Source of the DNA: Parcubacteria group bacterium Gr01-1014_33
Lineage (GTDB): Bacteria; Patescibacteriota; Minisyncoccia; Sungbacterales; HO2-52-23
Assembly (NCBI GenBank): GCA_007376125.1
Contig: VMFQ01000016.1
Location: forward strand, 1-48,272
DNA length: 48,272 nt
Direction: 5' to 3'
Below the pieces are notes generated by a model. It searched no databases, was not told the origin of the DNA, and was given only the letters and a program-made list of their open reading frames with translations. This document shows positions 9,151 to 16,395 of the stretch, piece by piece. How positions within the stretch are numbered: the stretch's first letter is position 1; each line of letters starts with the position of its first letter. The translations under genes were made by a program, and so were the position numbers.

Positions 9151-9828
9151 TTATAGTTGATTTACTTCCCAATCCAAGTGCATCTGCGGAATCATCATGT
9201 TGGGATGCCATGTGCGTTTTAATTCTTCAATACTTTGCGAACGCTGATACTTGCCGCCTTCGCCCACGTAATCCGGCGCCTCTTTTAATGGCTCCACTTC
9301 ATAAAACACCATCTGGCCAACACGTCTGCCCACCACAAGGGGAATGGTAAAATACTGTGAGTTATTCGTGATCTCCATGGTCCAGCGATTGAAATATCCC
9401 ACATCTCCCCAGCCCGCGTCTTTGCAGACCTCAATAAAATTTCTGCCGAGGGACGAGCGCGAATACATTTTTGCCGCCACTTTGTTGCGTCCACCAATAA
9501 ACTCTTCGGTATGTCCTAAAATCGTTTCCCCGGGCTTTAACAGAATCACCCGATCGCTCGGCTTTACATTGGCGAGTTTTAATCCGAGCCGTTTTTCTAC
9601 TTCGTGCGCGCCTTTCGCTTGATGCGGCCCTTGCCACACGCTCCGCGTTGAATTTTCGTCATAGAGATTATGCACGGTCGCGCGCCCTTCCGGATGCCCC
9701 TCGCGCCAAAACCACTCGCCAAGCGAGATGTCATAACTTACGGTTTTGAGTTTTCGCTCGTCAAAGGGATCAATCACGATATTCCCTTCGCGCCAGTGCC
9801 GTAAAATTGCATCGCGGGACAATAGCAT
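9151..9828 (-). CDS. dcd: dCTP deaminase family protein (long form)
   Basis: N-terminus MLLSRDAILRHWREGNIVIDPFD...SYDISLG and a dUTPase-like core. Confidence 0.7.
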   Translation of the reverse strand: MLLSRDAILRHWREGNIVIDPFDERKLKTVSYDISLGEWFWREGHPEGRATVHNLYDENSTRSVWQGPHQAKGAHEVEKRLGLKLANVKPSDRVILLKPGETILGHTEEFIGGRNKVAAKMYSRSSLGRNFIEVCKDAGWGDVGYFNRWTMEITNNSQYFTIPLVVGRRVGQMVFYEVEPLKEAPDYVGEGGKYQRSQSIEELKRTWHPNMMIPQMHLDWEVNQL

Positions 9829-9861
9829 ATCTCTATCTTATGCCTTTGGATAGAGATTTGT

Positions 9862-9900
9862 AAAGTAAAAGAAGTCCCGCATCCAAACGGACTGCGGGAT
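9862..9900 (-). terminator. Rho-independent terminator after the 9903..10346 gene
   Basis: Minus strand: ATCCCGCA-N11-TGCGGGAC followed by TTCTTTTACTTT. Confidence 0.55.
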
Positions 9901-9902
9901 TG

Positions 9903-10346
9903 CTATAAAAAATGAGGTTCTGTAGCATGATCTACTGATAAGCTTTGCACCACTTGCCACATATCCCGAATACCCTCATTGATGAACCCTTGAATGCGGG
10001 AAGAAGGAAGAATCGGCACGATAAGTGGGTATATCTTTCTATGAATCAATGTTGCGGTAAGCGGGAGGCAAAATACTTGACTATTTTTCTTCACAAAAAT
10101 ACGAGGGAAAACAACTAAGAGGCGTTCTACTCGCGGGAGAATTTGCTGCTCAAAGAAGGGGATTCGAGCAGCAACCACAATTTCTCTTGTCATCCCCTCA
10201 CCCATCCATGCGAGAACCCAGCCCCACGATTCATTCAATAAAAGAGGGTGTTTAGCAAGCGAGGTCTCTTTTGAAAATTTAGTCACTATCCCGCTTACCA
10301 TAGCGTGATACTCTTTCGGTATATCTGCGTCATATAATTCAGACAT
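9903..10346 (-). CDS. Hypothetical protein (147 aa)
   Basis: ATG at 10346 preceded by GAGGAGGAGGGGGAT. The longer ORF to 10496 runs into a repeat element. Confidence 0.5.
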   Translation of the reverse strand: MSELYDADIPKEYHAMVSGIVTKFSKETSLAKHPLLLNESWGWVLAWMGEGMTREIVVAARIPFFEQQILPRVERLLVVFPRIFVKKNSQVFCLPLTATLIHRKIYPLIVPILPSSRIQGFINEGIRDMWQVVQSLSVDHATEPHFL

Positions 10347-10438
10347 ATCCCCCTCCTCCTCTTGCATCTGTCTCAAAAATAAAAGATCCAAAGTTATTAT
10401 AGCACGGAATTTATGATTGTAGCAAGAAAAAGGATCGT

Positions 10439-10583
10439 AACCCCTCACCGCTTTGTCATTGCGAGTCCCGCTTTCAGCGGGACGCGGCAATCCCATTTCT
10501 CCGAGGTTTTAGATTGCTTCGCCAAAACGCATTAAGAATGCGTTTTGGCTCGCAATGACGGAAGAAAGGCGTGAGGGGTTTAC
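10439..10583. mobile_element. MITE-like palindromic element with a 10-bp target-site duplication
   Basis: Terminal inverted repeats AACCCCTCAC..GTCATTGCGAG / CTCGCAATGAC..GTGAGGGGTT. Internal hairpins TCCCGCT-TTC-AGCGGGA and GCCAAAACGCATT-AAG-AATGCGTTTTGGC. Flanked by direct AAAGGATCGT at 10429..10438 and 10584..10593. Confidence 0.6.
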
Positions 10584-10614
10584 AAAGGATCGTGTGATAA
10601 TTCTCTGATACCGT

Positions 10615-11253
10615 CTAATTGGCAATATTTAAAATCCTATCTAATTCTTCCTTTGAGACTAATCCGCTCCTCAATACAATCGCCTCTCTCCCGCTAAAAT
10701 CAACCACGGTGGAAGACGCGCCTTTGATTTCTCCGGCGTCAATGACAAGATCCGGTTGAAACGCGATATCATCAAAATACTTTTTTATTTCCTCAATATC
10801 TTTTGCCGGCGACTCGTTTGAAATGTTTGCCGAGGTTTGTACCAGCGGAAAATCCAATTTTTGCAGAAGCTCCAAAAGCCATGGATAATCAGGAATCCGT
10901 ATCCCGATTTTATCGCTCCCGCCGGTAAGAACTGGCGGCAGATTTTCTTTGTGGTGAAAGAGAACCGTTACTTGCCCGGGCCAGATACGCTCTAAAAATC
11001 GGGATTTTGCATCCGAGATATAGGCGAGCGTGCGTGCCACGGGGATATCGCGCACAAAAATAGGAAATACTTTTTCACTTGGGCGTTTCTTGAGGGCAAA
11101 AATCTTTTTTATCGCTTCTTCGTTTCGCGCATCGCCAAGGATTCCGTATATCGTATCGGTCGGCGCCACCATCACGCCCCCGGATGATAGCGTTTCTTTT
11201 GCCCCCGAAAGCGTTTCTTGATATGTATGTTCGTTGAGACGTCGCACCTCCAT
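10615..11253 (-). CDS. tsaC: L-threonylcarbamoyladenylate synthase (YrdC/Sua5 family)
   Basis: 212 aa with APTDTIYGILGDA, KKRPSEKVFPIFV and VQTSANISN. Confidence 0.85.
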   Translation of the reverse strand: MEVRRLNEHTYQETLSGAKETLSSGGVMVAPTDTIYGILGDARNEEAIKKIFALKKRPSEKVFPIFVRDIPVARTLAYISDAKSRFLERIWPGQVTVLFHHKENLPPVLTGGSDKIGIRIPDYPWLLELLQKLDFPLVQTSANISNESPAKDIEEIKKYFDDIAFQPDLVIDAGEIKGASSTVVDFSGREAIVLRSGLVSKEELDRILNIAN

Positions 11254-11254
11254 G

Positions 11255-12208
11255 TTATTTTACAAGTTTGAGCAGAACCTGCGCAAGCCGATCTGGGTCA
11301 TGGCGAATAAAGCCGCGAGATCGGATAAAGTTCCCAAAAATATATTTTTTATTTTTATCAAGCTCCCCCTTTTCTACACACTCGGATGATTCGTGCTCGT
11401 ATCGCGCGCGCCGGCTCGCAGATGGCCGTGTTGTGTTTATGCACACATAGTCAAGGACGTCCTTTCCGAGATATTTCTCAAGCGCGGATGTAAAATCCGC
11501 CGCGGCAAAGCCGTGCGTTTCGCCCCATTTTGTCATTATGTTGGTAACGTATACTTTTCGGCCGCGCGATTTTTTGATAGCGCGCGGGATCCCCTTTACC
11601 AAGAAATTGGGAATAATGCTTGTGTAAAGATCACCTGGGCCGATCACGATTACATCCGCGGTACGAATCGCGCGGATCGCTTCTCTATTTGCCCGCGCCG
11701 CCGGTTCAAGCCACACATTTATGATTTTCAACTTTCCGTCATGTTTCGGAATATCAATGTTAGTTTCTCCGCGGATAACAGTTCCATCTTCAAGCTCGGC
11801 AAAGAGGCGCGCGTTTCTGCGCGCTACCGGCAACACTTCTCCGCGCACGCCAAGGAGGCGCCCCGCTTCTTTGATTGCGCGCGGGAAATCTCCGGTAATG
11901 CGCTCAAGCGCGGTAAGAATAATGCTCCCGCAACTATACCCCTTAAGCCGCCCTTCTTGAAACCGATAGTTAAAAAGATCAAAGAGCACTTGATCATTGG
12001 GAAACGCCATTGCGAGAAGGGCTTTCCGCATATCGCCCGGAGGCAAAATCCCGAATTCTTCGCGCAGTACCCCGTTGGGGCCTCCATCGTCTGCGGAAGA
12101 TACGATCGCGGTTAAATCAACCGGATATTGTTTTAAGCCGGAAAGTGCCGTAAATACGCCCGTTCCTCCTCCGATCACTACGATTTTTGGCGGAGAATTT
12201 TTTCGCAT
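11255..12208 (-). CDS. yvcK: YvcK/CofD-family protein (gluconeogenesis factor-like, UPF0052)
   Basis: KIVVIGGGTGVFTALSGLK, IVSSADDGG and VIGPGDLYTSIIPN. Confidence 0.8.
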   Translation of the reverse strand: MRKNSPPKIVVIGGGTGVFTALSGLKQYPVDLTAIVSSADDGGPNGVLREEFGILPPGDMRKALLAMAFPNDQVLFDLFNYRFQEGRLKGYSCGSIILTALERITGDFPRAIKEAGRLLGVRGEVLPVARRNARLFAELEDGTVIRGETNIDIPKHDGKLKIINVWLEPAARANREAIRAIRTADVIVIGPGDLYTSIIPNFLVKGIPRAIKKSRGRKVYVTNIMTKWGETHGFAAADFTSALEKYLGKDVLDYVCINTTRPSASRRARYEHESSECVEKGELDKNKKYIFGNFIRSRGFIRHDPDRLAQVLLKLVK

Positions 12209-12816
12209 AGCGTTTTTGCTTCGCTCATATTTTTTACCACTGCATCCGCGTGGGCGCTTTTTGAGACAGTGCGCCGCCTTCTCATCTGGATAACCATTGC
12301 CTGCGGAAATTCTTTTTTCACTTTATCCGCAATTTCTTTTTTATCGTCAATAAAAATAAAAGCTCTGTCTCCGTGACCGACAACGCGCGCCAGTGGCTCT
12401 TTTTTTGACACACTTTTTACTACGAACACTTGCTTAAAAAACGGCGTAAGCTTACTTGCCTTGATTTTCTCGCGCTGGAACGAATGACCGGTGCTTACCA
12501 AAAAAAGGGGAACTTTTTGCATTTTAAAATATGACAAGAATTCCTCCGCGTCTGGATAGACGTAACGAAAAGACATTTTTACAAACATAGAAATCGCCCG
12601 CGCAAGTTCTTCTTTATGAAGACGAGGATACTGTTTTTGCAGAATGGCAAGATGGACATCTGGTGCGTAGTATCCGCCCGTTTTTATTTTTGCCGCGTGA
12701 TATGTGGATTGGTATGCGGCTTTGGATATCCCAAAACGCTTAAAAACCAAGGTGTAGTCTTTTTTAAACCGTTCGTCGTCAAGGAGCACTCCGTCAAAAT
12801 CAAGCACAATATTCAT
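12178..12816 (-). CDS. HAD-superfamily hydrolase
   Basis: N-terminal DxD motif MNIVLDFDGVLLD and a late FIDDK motif. Confidence 0.7.
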   Translation of the reverse strand: MNIVLDFDGVLLDDERFKKDYTLVFKRFGISKAAYQSTYHAAKIKTGGYYAPDVHLAILQKQYPRLHKEELARAISMFVKMSFRYVYPDAEEFLSYFKMQKVPLFLVSTGHSFQREKIKASKLTPFFKQVFVVKSVSKKEPLARVVGHGDRAFIFIDDKKEIADKVKKEFPQAMVIQMRRRRTVSKSAHADAVVKNMSEAKTLCEKILRQKS

Positions 12817-12825
12817 ACATTTTAT

Positions 12826-13281
12826 TCAAAGCGAAATACGATACACATTGGCTTCCCGCTTTATAAAACCCATTTTCAGATACCACTGATTTGCCTTTTT
12901 TCTGTTCCGGCGGCTGGTAAGATTAAGGTGCACGGCGCCTTTTGCCCGCGCATGCGCTATCAGTTCTTTGACCAGCGCACTCCCAAGGCCGCGGTTGCGA
13001 TATTCTTTACCAATCACCACGTCCTCCATCCACGCGCAAAGAAACATGGGGATTCTCATAAGCACGATTGTTCCCATGCCAACAATACGCGTTCCGTCCC
13101 ATACGACAAAAAGCGCGTTATTTTCATCAGAAAGTATTTTTTTTAATTCTGCGGGCGCGAGCGGTTTTGCGGACGAGGATAGCTGGGGCAGTAACCCATT
13201 GATATCTTCGTGTGCGCGATCGCTATAGTGGGTTAAACGACTGACGGTAATCATTGTTTTAGCATAATTATTGCTCATCAT
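12826..13281 (-). CDS. GNAT-family N-acetyltransferase
   Basis: Acetyl-CoA motif YRNRGLGSALVKELIAHARAKG. Confidence 0.75.
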   Translation of the reverse strand: MMSNNYAKTMITVSRLTHYSDRAHEDINGLLPQLSSSAKPLAPAELKKILSDENNALFVVWDGTRIVGMGTIVLMRIPMFLCAWMEDVVIGKEYRNRGLGSALVKELIAHARAKGAVHLNLTSRRNRKKANQWYLKMGFIKREANVYRISL

Positions 13282-13365
13282 ATAAAAATTTTTGCTTATC
13301 GCGCCGCGCTCATCTTCTCCAAAAAAGAACCCGCTTGTTTTGTCAAAACGGGAAATTGCAGAAAA

Positions 13366-13682
13366 CTATTCGTTTATTTCTTCTTCCACCCTGTCTCCGC
13401 CGGAATGATACTTTCCTAATGAGAGAACAGGTACAACAAAAGCAGTACATAAGAAGATAACCTGCCCTATACACTGGAACACATAGCAAAGCCCGATGGA
13501 TATAAAAAGCCCGAGGTAGAGTGGAAATGCTATTAGAACTATCTGTCCCAACGTTCGGAAAAAAAAATAAACAAAGGGGTCGGATGCCTCATTTCATCAC
13601 GAAAAACAAGGAAAGCCAACACCAACCCAACACATATCCAAATGCCAAAGAATAAACCCGTGCCCCATTGTATGTATCCCAT
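13366..13682 (-). pseudogene. Small membrane protein gene split at an A9/T9 homopolymer
   Basis: An RBS (GGGGAGGAG) precedes ATG 13682, giving a 47-aa hydrophobic ORF ending at 13539. The hydrophobic ORF 13366..13551 continues in another frame. One extra T in the run at 13559..13567 would fuse them. Confidence 0.35.
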
Positions 13683-13745
13683 AACCGGCTCCTCCCCTTT
13701 TTTATTTCAAAAGAACTTTATTTTCTGTATATACTTTACTCCACC

Positions 13746-13850
13746 ACTACGCTTTTTGCAAGATTTCTCGGTTTGTCCACCCTGCACCAATTCCGATCAG
13801 GCCACTACCCAACAGAGGATATGTGTCTCGGTAGCGCCTGCGGCTTTTGT
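13746..13850 (-). pseudogene. glmS: Decayed glmS 3' remnant just downstream of the current glmS stop
   Basis: The minus strand reads ...RVDKPRNLAKSVVVE-stop (stop at 13746..13748), against the intact ...DVDKPRNLAKSVTVE-stop. Upstream there is a PLLG.. match with frame breaks. Confidence 0.65.
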
Positions 13851-13902
13851 TGTCGTTACACAGGATTCATTCCAGAACTGGTACGGGGCACACATCATAC
13901 CC

Positions 13903-15030
13903 TTATTCCACAGTCACTGACTTTGCAAGGTTCCGTGGCTTGTCTACGTCGTATCCCCTTAATACCCCGAAATGGTACGCAAAAAGCTGGAGCGGGACTA
14001 CCGCAAGAAGAGGATTTAGGATCTCAAGTGTACGAGGTATAAAAATAATGTCATCCGCAAGGTCCTTCATATTTTCATCGCCTTCAGTTGCGATCGCAAT
14101 AATCGGCCCCCTGCGCGCTTTTAACTCCTGTATATTAGAAAGCATTTTTTCGTATACCGAGTCCTGCGGCGCAATGCACACCGAAGGAAAATTTTCGTGA
14201 ATCATTGCGATTGGCCCGTGCTTCATCTCGCCCGCGCCGTATCCTTCCGCATGCACATACGAGACCTCTTTTAATTTAAGCGCGCCCTCGTATGCGACCG
14301 GCAAATTATATTTTCTTCCCAAAAAGAAAAAGTTCTCGGCATATTGATACTTTTGGGCGAGTTTCTGAACTGCATTGTTTTGTTGGAGAATGTTTCGCAT
14401 CGCTTCAGGGATGCGCGAAAGTTGATCTAAAATTTTTTGCCCATGGCCCCGACTCATACCACGCGCTCTGCCAAGCATAAGCGCAAACAAGGTTAAGAGG
14501 GCAACTTGCGAAGTAAACGCTTTTGTGGAAGCCACTCCTATTTCCGGCCCCACATGCTGATATACTCCCGCATCGGTTTCGCGGGCGATGGTAGATCCTA
14601 CCACATTGACAATTCCGAGCGTGGGAATGCCTGCTTTTTTTGCCTCACGAAGTGCTGCAAGAGTATCTGCGGTTTCTCCAGATTGGGAAATCGCCAAAAA
14701 AATATCTCCTTTCTGAAATACCGGACTGCGGTAGCGAAATTCAGACGCCACATCAATTTTTGCCGGAATCCCGGCACATTCTTCAAAGAGATACTCTCCT
14801 ATGCGCCCGGCAAATGCGGCGGTCCCGCAGGCGGAAATCAAAATACGTTTTGCATCTTTTAATTTGTCTTCCGCGTCCCGTAATCCTCCCAGCCGCGCGG
14901 TACCGCTTTCTTTTACCATCCGCCCGCGGATGGAGTTTTCAACTGCTTCCGGCTCTTCAAAGATTTCCTTGAGCATAAAATGCGGGTATCCGCCTTTTTG
15001 CGCGCGTGAGCACCGCAATCTCGCCATCAT
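13903..15030 (-). CDS. glmS: Glutamine--fructose-6-phosphate aminotransferase, SIS-domain part (frame-broken from the N-terminal part)
   Basis: KGGYPHFMLKEIFEEPEAV, two SIS domains, and C-terminal DKPRNLAKSVTVE. It is out of frame with 14957..15655. Confidence 0.85.
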   Translation of the reverse strand: MMARLRCSRAQKGGYPHFMLKEIFEEPEAVENSIRGRMVKESGTARLGGLRDAEDKLKDAKRILISACGTAAFAGRIGEYLFEECAGIPAKIDVASEFRYRSPVFQKGDIFLAISQSGETADTLAALREAKKAGIPTLGIVNVVGSTIARETDAGVYQHVGPEIGVASTKAFTSQVALLTLFALMLGRARGMSRGHGQKILDQLSRIPEAMRNILQQNNAVQKLAQKYQYAENFFFLGRKYNLPVAYEGALKLKEVSYVHAEGYGAGEMKHGPIAMIHENFPSVCIAPQDSVYEKMLSNIQELKARRGPIIAIATEGDENMKDLADDIIFIPRTLEILNPLLAVVPLQLFAYHFGVLRGYDVDKPRNLAKSVTVE

Positions 15031-15655
15031 CTAAATACACAATCTGCTTCGTGTGTGCGAGCAGGGCGGATGCGTCTGATGCGACAAAGTATTCTCCTTT
15101 GCCGATGCCTAACAAAAGCGGGCTAAAATTTCTCGCGGCGATAAGTTTCTCCGGCTCTTTTGCATACATAATGCAAAGACCGTATGTGCCGCGGATTTTT
15201 TTAAGGGTGTTTCTCGCCGCATCTTCAAACGGCGCGCCCCCAAGTTCTTCTTCAATCAAATGAGCAATAACCTCCGTATCGGTTTCGGACTTAAAGCGAT
15301 GGCCTTTTTGCAAAAGTTCGTTTTTTAATTCCCTGTGGTTTTCAATGATGCCGTTATGGACAAGCCAAATTTCGCCCTTGCAATCGGAGTGGGGATGCGC
15401 ATTTTCTTCGGTAACCCCGCCGTGCGTTGCCCATCGGCTATGCCCGATTCCGAGAGTTCCTTTCACATCGTCCGCGTTCAGCAATTTTTCTTCAAGCATC
15501 GCGATTTTTCCCAATGCTTTTTCGTAAAACACGCTTTTGTGTTTGCATACGGCAACGCCCGCGGAATCATATCCGCGGTACTCCATTTTTTTTAGCCCTT
15601 CCATGAGAATCGGAAGCGCGTTTTGTTTTCCGATGTATCCGATGATGCCACACAT
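14957..15655 (-). CDS. glmS: Glutamine--fructose-6-phosphate aminotransferase, glutaminase (Ntn) domain part
   Basis: Starts MCGIIGYIG (catalytic Cys2), with GIGHSRWATHG and LVHNGIIEN. The frame ends shortly after LDDGEIAVLTR. Confidence 0.85.
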   Translation of the reverse strand: MCGIIGYIGKQNALPILMEGLKKMEYRGYDSAGVAVCKHKSVFYEKALGKIAMLEEKLLNADDVKGTLGIGHSRWATHGGVTEENAHPHSDCKGEIWLVHNGIIENHRELKNELLQKGHRFKSETDTEVIAHLIEEELGGAPFEDAARNTLKKIRGTYGLCIMYAKEPEKLIAARNFSPLLLGIGKGEYFVASDASALLAHTKQIVYLDDGEIAVLTRAKRRIPAFYAQGNL

Positions 15656-15703
15656 AGTTTTCCTATTATAAAACGCTATTTTCCCTCTTAATGTATCACA
15701 TTA

Positions 15704-15732
15704 GAAAAAAACAGAGGCACTTGTTGTGCCTC
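15704..15732 (-). terminator. Rho-independent terminator between the HExxH gene and glmS
   Basis: Minus strand: GAGGCAC-AACAA-GTGCCTC followed by TGTTTTTTT. Confidence 0.7.
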
Positions 15733-15760
15733 GTAACGATAGAAACAGGACTCCTCACCC

Positions 15761-16309
15761 TCAATCGTGGATTTGGATACAGGCGCGAAATTCTTCACAT
15801 ATAGGTGATTCGGCAATGTCTTCGCAAAATGCGATAGCTTTCTGCTCTCTTATCTGCCATAAGGACAGGGGAAGGGGTATCACGCCAAGAATGACTAACC
15901 AAGCACCTATTCCACCCAAATTAAGCGCTAAAGGATGAGATTCTCCTACAAAAAGGGAAACTCCTAATGCTCCCAAGGAACACAGTGCGCCCGTCATACA
16001 GACTTCGTATCTCCAGATAAACGCCCATCTACTTACCGACCACCAATGGCCAAGTTCGTGCAAAAGATGGTCAAGGATCGCATTTCGGATATATTCTTTG
16101 CTTACGGAAAGGCGTAGACGCACATCAATATGGTTAATAACTATCTTATTGAATAAAGGAATAAAATATGCCGGCGCTCTTTGCTTTCTGTTGTTCAAAA
16201 ACTGAATCCATGGGCAACGCTTTTTAGAAAAACGCAACCGCAAGATCTTTTCGAAACGATCATTGTCAAACTCCAAGATATATGGACTATCCCTTAACTG
16301 TCGGATCAT
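15761..16309 (-). CDS. HExxH metallopeptidase-like membrane protein
   Basis: HLLHELGHWW zinc motif followed by C-terminal TM helices. ATG at 16309 preceded by AGGAGGG. Confidence 0.5.
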   Translation of the reverse strand: MIRQLRDSPYILEFDNDRFEKILRLRFSKKRCPWIQFLNNRKQRAPAYFIPLFNKIVINHIDVRLRLSVSKEYIRNAILDHLLHELGHWWSVSRWAFIWRYEVCMTGALCSLGALGVSLFVGESHPLALNLGGIGAWLVILGVIPLPLSLWQIREQKAIAFCEDIAESPICEEFRACIQIHD

Positions 16310-16395
16310 GAGAAACCCTCCTTGCAAGATTTATACTATCCGAATTTAAACAACTATATTAAAGTTTACATACCGATAGGGAATTGTCAAATTTT

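Noticed and set aside
11393-12115. Long antisense ORFs: 11393..12115, 32394..33140, 37951..38580, 44609..45088, 45595..46035, 5181..5702, 1554..2015 and 2479..3096
   Set aside because: Each lies opposite or out of frame to a gene with clear family motifs (yvcK, the surface protein, ileS, rplT, ZIP, the MTase, CofE and PAP2). Each has Arg/Ser/Pro-rich shadow composition and no RBS.
15656-15760. Possible glmS ribozyme upstream of glmS
   Set aside because: The intergenic region is only 105 nt, and it is largely taken up by the terminator of the upstream gene (15704..15732). I see no glmS-ribozyme-like core, and the space is too short for the ~170-nt motif.
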